63,792 nt of DNA, filler included, from Reticulomyxa filosa (GCA_000512085.1; 22 parts of 22 records of this genome joined end to end with filler, not necessarily neighbours in it); one strand, 5' to 3'; positions 35,010 to 49,115 are shown, counted from the first letter of the whole stretch. The notes: generated by a model not told the origin, from the letters alone. Numbers and translations: made by a program.

Positions 35010-36210
35010 ATGTCAACAAACAATGATCAATTATTTTTTAATACAAGAATCCCACAGTATAAGCTTTCGCCATTGGTAGTTCTGTCGATTTTGAACCACT
35101 TCCAAAGACGACCAAACAAGTCCCCGTCGCCGGAGTTGGACACGTGCGACTTTGTAGTTGGACTGTTGTTTGGAACAAAAGAAAAGTCGTGCGTTCGAGT
35201 GATATCCAGTTTCCCGCTGTGTGTTTATCAAACGAAAAAGGTGAATCCAATGAGCCAACGAGAGCAAAATTGTACATGTATATTATACATGTATACATAT
35301 ATGTATATGTATATAATTGATTTTGATCCTTAATAGATATATTGTAAATAAAATATATCTATTAACCTAGGGTGCCCTAACATTGCCACCAGACCAAATA
35401 GTTCGAGTAGTGGACTTGCACTCGCAAGGCCATTCAAAAGACGACAAATTGGTGGGATGGTACAAGACAGGCATGACACCGGAGTCGTCGATGCACAAGC
35501 TGTTGCAAGGCGAGGAAGTGAAGATTGCGAGCAAGCGCAAAGCGAACAGCAACGAGCTGTTGCAACTGTTGGTGGATACCGAATTGATCGACAACACCAT
35601 GCGTGTCATAGGTTATGTGGGCAACGCGGTGGTAGACCCTTTGGAGTTGAATGCGCTTTCGTGGCAACAGGCAAATGCCAATGATGCTGATGACGCCGAC
35701 GAAAAGCAAGCAAAAAAAAACAAACCGCGGAAACAAAAGAAGGCGAAAAAAAGTGGCGATATTGCGCGAAATGTACAAGTGGGAGAGACGTTTTGGAAGT
35801 TTGAACCTGTTGTCATTGAGTATTCGATGGAGAAGGCGGAAGAGATTGTTTTTCATACCACTTTGAACACGCCTCCTGATCAGACGTCTTTAGATGCACC
35901 CTCGACTTTGTTGTCTGATTTGGGCCATTTGGAAAACACTTTGCAAGACTTGACAGATTCCTTGGCCAAAGTCTCTGATTTTGTTCAGTCTGCTAAAGAG
36001 TCAGATCGTTTGGATCACACGTCCTTGGGATGGGACATTGCTCACGCCTTGTCCGCCATCCCTACCATTGCTCCTCACATCTTTGAAAAAGTACTTTCCA
36101 ACAGATTGCAAGACTTGCTCATGTTGGCGTATCTGGGCAAACTCACACAAACCCAATTGAAAGTCGCCGACAAAATTAATCAAGTCTTGCATCAAACCAT
36201 TCAAAGCTAG
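35010..36210 (+). CDS. EIF3F: Eukaryotic translation initiation factor 3 subunit F (MPN domain), 2 exons
   Basis: KLSPLVVLSILNHFQRR, VVGLLFG, VISSFPL, LVGWYKTG and C-terminal FEKVLSNRLQDLLMLAYLGKLTQTQLKVADKI; intron ~35241-35370. Confidence 0.88.
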
Positions 36211-36322
36211 TTTTCTTTTTTTNNNNNNNNNNNNNNNNNNNNNNNNNNNNNNNNNNNNNNNNNNNNTTAATTAATTAANNNNNNNNNNNNNNNNNNNNNN
36301 NNNNNNNNNNNNNNNNNNNNNN

Positions 36323-36359
<37 letters not shown>

Positions 36360-36990
36360 CATTTGTTATTATCACATTTGTTACTACTTTTTCCGACAAC
36401 TTGTTTATATTCAAATCACTATGTGCAAGATTGCTTTCTTGGCTAGTCAATTGCTCAGGCATATCTTGCTGCAAGACTGCCGAGAGTCCATGCTGTTCTT
36501 GAGTATACGTACTTGGCAAGAGTAGCACGTTTGACGCTGGTAGTGGTGAAAACTCATGTTCTTTTGCTGGTATCGACAATAATGTATTTGACAGTGATTG
36601 CGTGCTCTCCTTTTCATTTTGTTGTTGCTGTTGCTGTTGCTGCATTTGTGGATGCGATTCGTAATAACTTGGGCTCTCTTTTTTAATGTCCTGCTTCACT
36701 AATGGACCTTGTTTCCGAGACGATGCTGGCGAAATTGGTGCTAACTCTTTTCTTTTCACTCGCTCATACGTGATGTACGTGATATGGTCACTGCAAAAGC
36801 AATATACGAGCTGTTTGTACCACACGCAAATTAACAGTAGATTGATCACAATTAACCACAACACTGCAAACCACGCTGCGTACGGACTTGTGTATGCTTT
36901 TTGCCACCAAAACATTCTTCAATTTTTTTATCTTTAATAAACAGAGGAATGCGAGGAATTCAAACAAGGTCCTTTCACACCAAAACTACG
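36323..36990 (-). CDS. Hypothetical single-pass membrane protein fragment with Gln/Asn-rich tail
   Basis: AAWFAVLWLIVINLLLICVWY hydrophobic helix followed by a low-complexity region running into the contig end. Confidence 0.5.
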
Positions 36991-37510
36991 TACACACATT
37001 TATCTACTTTTAATACACACAATGTTTGAGTAACTTTTGTAATTCTCTTTGAATTTTGTTCATTCATATAATTTATGTTTGTATCGCATTGAATAAAAAC
37101 TAGTTAGAAAATAGATAACCATAATTATTCAAAATTGGATTTGAAGTTTAATTATAAGATTTGAAACCGAATAAATTTGAGTAATTTGCTAGTGCATTCT
37201 GGTGCAATGCAATGCATAGAATAATAATTTTCTATACACAATGGCTGTTGACTACAGCAATGAACTAAGTGATTTTGCACTGAAAGAAACAAGGTTTTTA
37301 AATTATTTTACTTTGCGATTTATCAAATATACACTTCGTGTCATTTAATTTACTTAAAGCAATTTCAAATAAAAAATTATTTGATTGAGGCAAGAGATAT
37401 AATCACTTTTNNNNNNNNNNNNNNNNNNNNNNNNNNNNNNNNNNNNNNNNNNNNTTAATTAATTAANNNNNNNNNNNNNNNNNNNNNNNNNNNNNNNNNN
37501 NNNNNNNNNN

Positions 37511-38730
37511 CAATCAATCAACATTAAAGAAATTGATTCCACCATCTACCATCGAGCAGCAGGAATGTAATTCCTTCCAAGCAGTTAGAAGCACGCGCCA
37601 CCATTCTGCTATAGTACAACGTCATGACACTGACATCAAGGAAGATGCAGTTAATGGAGGAAAATTTTGTTGTCGTGCATGGCTAGCATATCAATTCTGT
37701 TTTCAATCAACCCAACGGTTGAGGCTGCGACCTGGACCGACGATGCCCTTCAATTTGCAGCGGATATCTCGCATGTCACAATATCATCAAAGGAACCTAA
37801 TATAACAGTGAGTAGTATTCCATCAGGAACGCTGGCAAGAGCGGCACCCGATACCCGCGCTAGCCAACGTAGCTCTTACCATGGATCATTTGAGCAAGAT
37901 GGATTATTTACTATCGTCCCCATCAAATCCACGATCCACCTCCATCGTCAATGATTATGCGACCAAATGCTCACAACATATTTCAATATCCAGTTATGTG
38001 TGCTCTTCCGCCCTCAAATCGGAAGCGGGCATGCATATCTACGTCAACTTCATTACCAAAACCTGTGGATCCAAAAAACGTAAATGTATCCTCGACGGCA
38101 AAGTTAAATGCTACACATGCCAGGCCCATCAAACTCGCAGCATTGGGTGAGCTATCAAAGTTATTCAAGGCACTGACCCCAAGTCAACTATAATTTATGA
38201 CGACGACACTGTCCGTCAACTACAACAAAAGCACCCGCTCGAACCCCATCATATATAAGTATTGCAATCTTTTGAAAGTGATGAACAAGTCCACATGTTC
38301 CATCACATCCCCACACAATGTCATCTCAACAGATGAACTAACTGCATATACCATAAAGCTATGAAGAACATCTGCTAGTGGTATAGACCTTTTTGCGGCC
38401 CAACATTTAATCGACCTGGTCCCTTTTGAATATGAATCTGGCACAATGTCAAATTGGGCCAAGGTGATCACATTAATAACCAATGGAACTGTCTGTGAAA
38501 GTGCTGCCCCTATTGCATACGGAGCAAGATTAATTGGAATCGTGAAACTTGATGGTAGCCCTAGACCAATATCTATCGGATCCATTCTTAGAAGGTCCGC
38601 GGATGCTATCTTATTGCATAGACATGCCGAACAAATCCAAAATATTGTAGGTCCCAACCAATTTAGTATTAATGTAAAGGCTAATATCGAATTTTTGTTC
38701 ATAGATTTAAAGCCATCCTCCACCACATTC
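37511..38730 (+). mobile_element. Degenerate CRE-type non-LTR retrotransposon, N-terminal region and start of reverse transcriptase
   Basis: SASGIDLFAAQHL, AYGARLIGIVKLDGSPRPISIGSILRRSA and IVGPNQFSINVK resemble RT domains 0-2 of CRE/SLACS elements; intronless, with stops and frameshifts upstream. Confidence 0.8.
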
Positions 38731-39042
38731 NNNNNNNNNNNNNNNNNNNNNNNNNNNNNNNNNNNNNNNNNNNNTTAATTAATTAANNNNNNNNNNNNNN
38801 NNNNNNNNNNNNNNNNNNNNNNNNNNNNNNGAGAGAGAGAGAGGGCCGAAGAAGATACAACAAAGGAAGAGAAAAAGAAAGAGGGCATGACAATAAGTTT
38901 GATTATGGCATGTCTGAAAATACAAATACTTATATAATAATAAATTATTAATTACGACCGTAACAAAAAAATGATGAGAAAACAAAACAAAACAAAACAA
39001 AAATAAAGTGTGAAATGTGTTCTGTGATGTGCACAGCATACA

Positions 39043-40644
39043 GGGACGGAGGAGAGCGACGCGGGAATGGCAACGCACGCTGGCAAGATGGACGATGGAT
39101 CGCAAGCACAGAAGGCCAAAGAGCAGAGCAAAAAAAAAAGAAGACTAACAAACAAGTAGGCGAAGAAGGCAATAGCAAATCGCCATTAGCGGGAATGATG
39201 GAAGCAGTATCGACGACGACGACTACTACTACTACTACTACTACAACGGGGACCAAACTGGGATACGAAATTGTACCGACTCATCCAATGGCAATCCATT
39301 CAAATCATCAATTTGCACTTGGCTTTGCCGACCAAGTGTATCCTCCTGCCTTTTATCCATCACCGCCAATCGACTGTGCTGTCCCATCGTCGGCCACTGC
39401 TACTCCCGGTGGTGCTGTTGTCGCAACGCCTGTTACTACGGCAAACACTGTCACGGCTACTGCTGCTACTGTCGCGGGCACTCTTCCCCTCCCTCCTCTC
39501 CCCACCACTCAAATGCCCTTTGGAACGCACGGTCTCACTTTTCCATACAATAGCTTTGATCCCACCGCATTTACCTTTCAAGTTATTACATTAACTTTTT
39601 TTTTTCCAATAAAAATTATTTGAATAAATAATAACAATGAATAAAACATATATAAATATGTGCTGCCAACAGAACGATCTAGAACGTGCACATTTCAATG
39701 CACTGGCTTCCAATTACTTGGCGTCGTTGACACCGGCTCAATTGGAACTCGTGTCAGCGCAATTGCTGGAAGCGGCTCAAACAACGCAGCCCATTGTGAA
39801 TGACCACAATGCACGATCGACGGCCAACCTCCAACTGCAAAGCCAAAAAAGTATGAATGGGTCGGCTAATTCACAAGAGACATCATTGATTGGAAATAAG
39901 GAAACAAAGCTCGATGGTACTATCAATGACAATACTAATGCCAATGATAATGTGAATGATAACTTGGATAATCGCAATCTGTTTCACATTGCAAATTTGA
40001 ATGAGGCAGGCTCCAGGTCAATGACGCCAGTTGGAACAATGGGATTGGATGAGTTATTCCAATTCCCTTTGATCACTCCCTCTCCTCCTCCGTTTTTGGT
40101 CAATCCATTAACGAACACAGCACACGAGGAAACCACCCAAACGCCCACGCCAGTCCCGGGCGCCGACTTTACTTTTGGCCTCACCAATCCACCCACTCCG
40201 ACTACCTTGAACTTGTTTCAATCCATCAATGCCGTGCTTAACAGTCAAGGCAACCTTCCCATACCTCTTCCTTCTTCTTCTCTCCTTTCCAACACTGCCA
40301 ACGATGGCAAAACGCAACCTATTCCTTCCCAATTGCCAAGCCAAGACTGGACCAATCGAACAACGACAGTTCAAATTCTGCAAAGCATTCATTTCACATA
40401 TGGCTCTTTATATACATATATGTATATGTTTGTAGATTTAAAAAAAAAAAAAATCTCTGTTTCGCAAATGGCACAGAAAATGAACAGTTCATTGGACAAT
40501 TTATTTAACATGGACTACGGTGCACTTGTCGATTACTTGGGTCCAAACTCGCAAGATTATAACCAAACACTCAATGTTCTTGGTTCCTTAGGCCTCAATC
40601 TTACCAGTGGAACTCTCGCAACCACCACCAATAATAACAATAAC

Positions 40645-40690
<46 letters not shown>

Positions 40691-41010
40691 TTGGAACCAA
40701 TCCATCCATCGCTACCTTGCCACGTCCAATGTCTCGCTCCCCAACTGCCTCTTTCGCTCAAACTTTGGACGCCATCAACGCACTTGCAAGTCTGTCCAAC
40801 GCCGTTGCAACCTCCGTTCTTTCCGATCCAACCACACTAGCCAATTCGAACAACACAAATGCAAATGCAAGTGTAAATACAGTTGTCACGACTACTGACA
40901 TTAACAATTCCAAAACTATCATTCCAACCCATTCAACCTTCACAACCACAACCAATACCAACACAAACCATGTGACAGCAGTGCCAACAAAGAATGAAAC
41001 CAAACTCTAA
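39043..41010 (+). CDS. Low-complexity Thr/Pro/Asn-rich protein, C-terminal exons; 5' truncated
   Basis: Long ORFs 39015-39623 and 39637-41010 with intron-like AT-rich inserts (~39582-39672, ~40368-40473); no folded domain recognised. Confidence 0.6.
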
Positions 41011-42232
41011 TGCCAGTTGGGGCAACTTGGAACCATTATACACTCTTCATTACTACGTAAGCCAACTCAAATCACAGTCAAACACTATCTTTATCACTAT
41101 TACATCAAAATAAAATTAAATACATTGCCATTGTATTGCCAATACGTTTTCTTTTGTTTTTTTTTTCCCATTTTTCATTTCTTTTTTTTTTTTTTGGCCT
41201 TGGCATACTTTTTACAACACACTCACCTTAAAGATAAATGAATAATAAATAAATTAAAAAAAAAAAAGGTTGTTTGTGCCGAGGAATTTGGGTCTCTTTG
41301 TTATTTATTTACTAACTTATTTATTTTTCTGTTTTGAAAAAACAAAAATTAAAAAGTTAACAAAAATTTTAAAAAATTAAAAAATAAAAATAAAAAAAAA
41401 AATAACCAATCAAACACGTGCAACCAAAGCCCTTTTGTGAAATGCAACATCCAACAATTTTTGTAAGAATGCTCACCTTTTTCCAAGCGGTATCGTCAGT
41501 GCTTTCCTTGTTTGATTGGTTGGTATTGAACATGGAGGGGAAAAGCTATTTTTTTTTGTTTGTTATATGTTTGTGACAACCACTTTATTTACAACTATAC
41601 GATACCCTTTTTCTCATTTTGCTCGGTTTGTTTTTGAGGTTGCTCTTAATCACATTTTTTATTCATTTGACTTTGTTCACGTTGTTCGGATTTGATCCTT
41701 TGATTTGTACGTTATTTCCCTTTTTTTTTAAAGAATTTATACTTAATTTACAATGGTCATTTTTTCCCCCATGAAATATCAAGGTCTATCAAGGCCCTCA
41801 AATTGATTGGGAAACCTTGGAGTTATTTGCAAATTTCACACAAACAACTTTAAAAAAATACCCTTTTCCGTTTTTTTTACAAACATAACAAAGTCGACAG
41901 CAGTTGTGATGTGAAAGTAATTATTCTCAAAATTTGGATGTTATGTAATTTTTGTGCATTCTGTACATTATACATCACATTTCTTTTTTATAATGTGCTA
42001 CCACAAGTTCCCAAAGTAAAGTTTTTATCGAGCAAGAAGAGGAGCGCTACCAAAAATCCAGTATGACGAAATGGCTCTGTTGTCTTTTTTTTTGGTGAAA
42101 CCATTTATTTTTGGATGCACGCTTCATATATATAAGCAAAAGATAAATGGACGTACAGTCTTTAAAGGAGGAAGCGCATGTCATCAGTTGAACTTTTTGT
42201 TATTGGAAGTCTTCATACAATCATTTTAAGCA

Positions 42233-45136
42233 ATGACAGCGCGAGAAGATTCACTTTCACCTTTGGCAGCTCCTCAACAAAACGTGAATGGTTGGATAGA
42301 TAGTCTGGATGCAGACAATCAGAATGGGCAGACCGACGAACCAAAAGAGGTGGAAGATCAAGACGATGAATTTTCTGATGAAATTGACGAAAGTTGGCGA
42401 AATGTTTTGAATGATCCAGACAAACTTGTTTAGCAAAAGAAAACACATTTTTTGTTTTTTAATGATGAATAATCCCCTTCATAACCTCATTACATTGATA
42501 CGTACAATATGAATCCTTTTTTTCTTCATAAAAACTGTAATTCAGGCATCAGAATTGGCCCCTTTTTTGGAATCACTGACAAAGCAAAACCGCGAATTGA
42601 AACATGACAATTCAATATTAAAAAAAAACTGCGTCAATCAAGAGCAACACATAAGGGTTCAATTGTTGCATTACATAACAAGATGTTTAAGAAATTGCTT
42701 GACGTCGAAGAGGAGCATGAAAATGACGTTTCGTTTATATGTTCTTTTTTAAAATAAAAAAAGCAATCTCATTTAACACATGGATGATAGGTTGACGACG
42801 GATTAAAAAAAATTTCGTCATTGGAAAGAAAAGTGGAAGCATATGAAAAAGTAGACCGAAGTGATGACATAAACAAAACGTTGCAAGAGTTTATTGAAAG
42901 ACAAGAACAATATGCGCAACAAGTATGTCTCTTTAGCTTCTTGTTACAACAATTTTTTTTTTAAAAAAAGGGGGAGGGGGGGGACGGAGAAAGGAGAGTA
43001 GAAAAGGGGCTAAAAAATTTTTTAATAACATTATAAGGGGAGGGGGGGGTGATGATGTGACGATTAGATCGACGAATTGAAGCAAAGTAATAAGCAATTG
43101 GAAAATGAGCTGAAAATTGAAAAATTGAAAACGGAGAACACAGACCAAGAGCGCCGAAAATCAGTGACAATGCTGCACAATCGCATGTTTCAAAAACTGC
43201 TCGATGCAGAAGAGAGCAACGAAGAGAAAATGAACATTTTGAAAAGACGTGTGCAAGAGTTGGAAAAGGAACTGCGCCAGTCGGGAGATCACCGTCTCTC
43301 GACGGCTTCCGATATCAAGTTTGATCGCGCTCCAGGCGATGACGTCGATGGAAAAAATCTGCAGCAGCTTAACAAAGATTTGAAACAAAAAATCAAGCGT
43401 CTCGAGTTGGAGAACTCCACATTACGACAAAATATTTCTGGTTTAGAAGTGAGCCCGGTTAGGAGATCATTTTTGCTTGGGGTTTTTAAAAAAAAAAAAA
43501 AAAAAAAAAAACAAAAAAAAATAGAAATGAAATTGTATATACAAGATCGCTAACTGCTGTTCTTTTTTTCTTTGTTTTTAATTTTCTTCTTTTTTTTTTT
43601 TACAGAATACCGGAGATGTAAGCTGGAAATAGAAGAATATACAACATATACATATATGTTTATGTATATGTGTTTATTCATATACATTTTTAATACATAT
43701 GTTTATTTCATTGTGCGAAAGTAAAGTATCTTCGCAATGGGGAAAATATGAACACAATTTTTTATTTTTGTTGTTTGTGTAATCGACTTTTTGCATACTG
43801 CAAATTCAAGCCATTAGACACGGAAACACAAGTTCGGGAATGGAAGATGAAATATCACAATGCCGTTAAGTACACTGATTACCACTCGGGGTTCAACGGT
43901 CTTGATTTCTCATCCCTGACTTTCCTACAGCCCTGAGATTACTCTTTTGTTTTTTTCCTTTCGCGCAAAAAAGTAAAACTGTCTTTAAAAAAAGACTCAA
44001 TGATTGCAACCTTTTTTTTTTGCTTGAATTACTTGGGAGAAAATAGTTTAAAGAATCCGAACGCTTACGCCAAGAATTAGGCGAAAACAAACACGAATCG
44101 TTGCAGGGTAAGTTTGGAAGATGGAAATAGGGAAGGGAGAGGGAGAGAAAGAATTCAGTTCTCAAACAAAAATATCGAATGTATGTGTACACTCAAACAT
44201 AGAAAAAAATTGAAGAATACAAAAAGTCACTGGATGACGAAAAAAGAAACTCGAGCGATTTGAAAAATCAACTGCAAAAGACCCAAAATAACTTAAAAAA
44301 AGTGGCTGGAAACTGGCAACGACGATGTATTAAAACTCAAACAATACATTACCGAATTGGAGAAGAAATTAGACACACAAACGGAAAAGACCAATACCAC
44401 CGAAAAACAACGACGTGAATCTCTTTCTTCAATGTCCAATCATATGATAACCAGTTTGACAGAGGCAGAGGACGAACATGGAAAAGCTATCAAAGATATG
44501 CAAGCAAGAATCGACCTTTTAGAAGAAGAGAAAAAATCACTAAACTTACAATTACATGCAGAAGAACGCAAACGAAAAAGTTCCAATGCGGAAGTCTCGG
44601 CATCTATGTTCAACAAATTATTATTGATTGAACAAGAAAAAGAATACGACAAGACAAATTATGAACAAAAAATTAAAGAATTGGAACAGCAACTAGAAGA
44701 GCTTACCATTGGAGCGCCACGTCGTGCTAGTGAAGTGCACAGTTCCATGTTTAAATCTTTGCTGGAAGCAGAAGCAGATTATAACAATGCAAAATTGGAA
44801 TGGAACACCAAAGAACAACAACTGAAAAATGAAATCCAATCATTAAACGAACAGTTGGGAAAATCTAAACAAAAGGCTGAACTTTCCGACAAACAACGTA
44901 GAGAATCTATTTCTCAATTACAAGATGACATGTGGAAACATTTGGTCGAATCCGACGAAGATAATAAAAAAGAGAAAAAAAAAATGCTTGTAGAAATCAA
45001 GACTGTGAAAGACGAAAATAGTCAACTCAAAAGGAAAATTTCTTACTTGGAAAATTCTAAATTAGCTATGATAGAGGAATGCAATCGACAAATGAATCTC
45101 TTGCGAATCGGGGTTCGGGTTATGAATGGGCAATAA
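42233..45136 (+). CDS. Multi-exon coiled-coil protein with six copies of an RRxS...MFxxLLxxE repeat
   Basis: ATG 42233, E/K/L/Q-rich heptad exons (ORFs 43077-43553, 44357-45136) and GT..AG introns; repeats listed in findings. Confidence 0.75.
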
Positions 45137-45612
45137 GCTCCTCCTGTTTTATGTTTGTTAATTTGTTGGGTTTTTCTGGGGATAAAGAAAAATTGTGGAT
45201 TTTTGTGTAGACAAAAAAAGAAAAATAAACAAAATGAAATTTGTTTCGTTTGAGAAATGCTTGCTTTCAAAAAACATCAAAATGTTTAAGTATGTCGCAC
45301 AAACGAATTTTTTAAAAATTTTCTAATCTGTAAGATATAAATTTTGGATATTTTGAAGTCAAAAATCAGTGTATTATCGAATATTTCATTTAATCTACAG
45401 AATGTCTGTGAAAGAGTTGTCCTTAGAAAATGAATGAGTGAAATTTTCATAAAAACGTTATCGTGTCATATTTTTGCAGGTTAAGTTGGTTCAATTGCAG
45501 ACAAACGCAATTACCCTTTGTGAATAAAACAAAAGTCCCCATTCACAAAAAAAACTTATCATATGAACAACTTCGCCTCAGTGTTCATCTTTATTCCATT
45601 GTCAAAAATTGT

Positions 45613-47327
45613 TTATGTAAAAGATGGAGATGAGTATGGATTTGGAAGGTAGCCGGAAGCTGGTTGCGTTCCAGTTCCGAACTGCGGAGCAGATTGATTT
45701 TGTGGGATATAACCAATCATCAAGTGTGTTGATGCGAGTAGGCCAGCGTTTTGTTCAATTTTTTCGTTTTCTTGTTTTTGCTCTTTTCTTTTTGTTCTTG
45801 GGCATTAATTTCTGTTTTTTCTACTTTGTTGGACAAGGCTTCCACTTTGGAGCTGAATTCACGGAAAGTTTGGACCATGAACGGCATGGAAAACTCCATC
45901 AAATTGTATCTCCAGGACAATTCCAACACCACATCAGGGTGAATCAAAGGATAGCAAGTATACAAGCAAGCTGCAAAACATGATTTTGGACAATCATCAC
46001 ACGATACGAAAAATCGTAGTAACTCCTCAGCCAATGTCGCATCACCTGATGCAGCTCCGGTATCCATTGCATCTTGCCACAACTTGTCTTGTTTTGACAA
46101 GTTAATGGATGTTGTCCAGCGCTGGTTGCTGCGGTATAATTGAGCAGCAATTCGTCTGAACTCCAATAATTCGTGCTTTTGGAGAGTTTGAGCCAATTGA
46201 ATTTGATCAAAGTTGTCGTAATCGGCGATACTTTCGCGCAAGGCCTCATAGTTTTCTTCTTCAACCAACAAACCATTGATGGCTTCATTCACAATTTTGT
46301 TATTTTCTCGTTGGACATGTTGCAAATAAGGCATAATTAAAGGTAATTGGCCGCCCATGTCAATAGTTTGCACAACGCGTTTGTGATCCAAGCGTCCACT
46401 TAACTCATTCAACAATTCACTCAAGAACAGTGGGTGTTCACGTAAATAAAAGTTAACAGCACGATAGAATACTTCCGTATTTGCTACCCTGACAATAATC
46501 GACTTGAATTGTTCATGTTCCCAACAAGATGACGAGTGGGCAATCATGGTATCGATAGCATTATCATATTGGTCATAATGAGTGTACAAAAATACTGTTT
46601 CTTTCCAATGCAAGTTATCTTTACACGCTTGCAACAAAGTCGGAATGTTAATGCGATTCCAGAACAAGTTAATGTGTTCCATCAATTTCTTTTCCTTGTA
46701 TTTGGCATATAATATACCCAATTGAGTGTAAATCCCTTGATGAGCACGATCCAAGTTAATGCCTTGTTCCAACAAAGCAATCAATTCAGCAAAGTGACCG
46801 CCATTTTCATAGTGTTGAATCAATTCATTCAAGTGATCCATGAACACGATAATGTTGACACCGCACATTTGGGCCAATCGGAATTTGCCGTGTTCAATAC
46901 AAGCATAACAAACGTCTTTCCATGTTTGGATACTGTTTGCTTGTCTTGCTGCTTCCACTGCTTCTTGGAATAATTCCAGACGGACCAATGTGGTGGCTAA
47001 TTTGGCATAATTGCTTATTTGGGTAAAGATGATACGTGCAGCAGGGTACAATTTCTCCTCAAAACATCTATCACCAACTTTGTCCAGATTAGCGCTGTTG
47101 GGTTTACCAATAAACTGTTCCAGTGCACTGAGATCTTGAATACGTGCATACGAATAAATTAATTCGCTATCGACTGCCTTGTCTCTAACTTTACTGCGGG
47201 CCATTAGCAAATAATCGATTAACCGTTTGAAATCCTCTGTTTTGTTGGCTTTCAAAATGACCAATTCGTAATGTGTTGCATCTTGAGCTTTTAAAAAGGA
47301 TTCAATGGATTGGGTCACTAAGTCAGC
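45613..47327 (-). CDS. CHC: Clathrin heavy chain, C-terminal third (5' truncated)
   Basis: LIDYLLMAR, VDSELIYSYA, VGDRCFEEKLYPAARIIF, FRLAQMCG, LDRAHQGIYTQLGILYAKY, LQKHELLEFRRIAA, PDVVLELSWRYNLMEFSMPFMVQ. The true tail appears to shift frame near 45785 to ...HLMIGYIPQNQSAPQFGTGTQPASGYLPNPYSSPSFT*. Confidence 0.97.
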
Positions 47328-47699
47328 NNNNNNNNNNNNNNNNNNNNNNNNNNNNNNNNNNNNNNNNNNNNTTAATTAATTAANNNNNNNNNNNNNNNNN
47401 NNNNNNNNNNNNNNNNNNNNNNNNNNNTTGTTTAAAATAATCAATATGTTATTGATCCATATGTTTGTTCAATTCTTTCCTTTCTTTTTTTTCTCTTCCT
47501 TCAAACATAAAGTGAAAGTACTTCACATTGAAATGGTTCAGATCATATTGCTTTGTTGGAAACATATTGCAATCACTGAAAATATTATATACATGTATTT
47601 GTTTTTTATGCAATCTTTTAACTCAATATTTAAATAGATTTGTGTGTGATCTTTTTGAAGAATATTTATTCAAAATCGAACTTTAAATCAATTGCGGAA

Positions 47700-48300
47700 T
47701 GGTTCATTTCTATTTTAACCTTCACAGAAGCTTCAAATACGTGAGCCACAAAAAAAAATCACTTTGATCTGATTCACTTGAATCTATTGGTTTTACTCAT
47801 CGAACAGGTAAGTAGCATTTGCTTTAACATTTTTATAAATCTCTTTATTCCATCACTTCAAATGCTTATTCTGATTCTTGCAACTCTGAGAGAAAACAAC
47901 AAATTGTAATTCAAATTACTTAGAAAAATAATAAATGATTTTTAACTTCAATGAGATTGGAGAGCTATCCCTCGTGATACCAATCTTGCACACTTTTTCT
48001 GTTTGATTGTCTTGAATTTGAGTAATGCAGGATTGCACGTCACAAGGGAAATTTTCTGTGTCCATTTGAATATCTCCACCAGATATAATCACAGTAAATT
48101 TATCTTTCTTTAATTGTATGTATTGCATATATTTTATGTAATTGCGATATATACCAAAAAGCGGAGTTGGATAATGACACAACATTCAGTTAATGACTTG
48201 CTCTCTGCAGCAACACGACTTTGAAAATGAGCAAAAGCATATAACAGTGCTATTGTCGGAGCCCAAGTCAATACCATTGTTTTCGAGGAAAAGACATTCA
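47700..48300 (-). pseudogene. Possible decayed Hsp70-superfamily fragment
   Basis: Only NNGIDLGSDNSTV at ~48245-48283 resembles the Hsp70 GIDLG phosphate-1 motif; downstream frames are broken. Confidence 0.3.
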
Positions 48301-48713
48301 ATCTTTGACGCTTTCATCTGGCTCCAATATTTTCATTTTGGATAAAATCTTTGGATTGCAATTTCTTTTCCAGTACGTGTCGAAGATAATTGTGATCACT
48401 TTTATTGCGCCGGTACACAAACTAGTTGATATGCANNNNNNNNNNNNNNNNNNNNNNNNNNNNNNNNNNNNNNNNNNNNTTAATTAATTAANNNNNNNNN
48501 NNNNNNNNNNNNNNNNNNNNNNNNNNNNNNNNNNNTTTTTTTTTTTTGTTCATCAAATTGAGTTTAGATATATTTCCATATTGAAAGAGTGGTGGGACAG
48601 ATACCACGCATACAAAAAAAAAAAAAAAAAAAAAAAAAAGTGTATACGTACACATGAACCACATAATGTTCAATACATTAGTAGTACTTATACACATATA
48701 CATACACACACAT

Positions 48714-49115
48714 AACTTCTTTCAACTTGCCAATCTCAAGCAACAAGTTGGCTAGGTCTGTTTCCAGTTGGTTGTCTTTTGCTGACGTTCCTCCAAGGGC
48801 TTTTTGCAAATGAAGAGGTTCATACTTCAACTGATCCATTGTCAACTCTAATAACTGCTCTCCGTCGATCTTTTCTCGGCCAAACGCACTTTCGAAACGC
48901 TTAAACCCACACTCTTCCAACCATTTCTTCACTCGTTCTGGGCTCCAGTCTCGCACTTCCAGTTGTTTTTGTACATTGCTCCAGTCGATCGTATCCGCCG
49001 ATAAATGTACCGTAGTCGTTCCTACTTTCTCTCCGTTTACAACCTCGTCACTCTCCGCTCGACGAAGCATGTCACTCATGTGCGCCAGGCCTCCAAAGCC
49101 CAAAGTATTGGCCAT
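48714..49115 (-). CDS. SAM-domain protein, first exon (3' truncated)
   Basis: VRDWSPERVKKWLEECGFKRFESAFGREKIDGEQLLELTMDQLK...LLLEIGKLK is a typical SAM signature. Confidence 0.85.
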
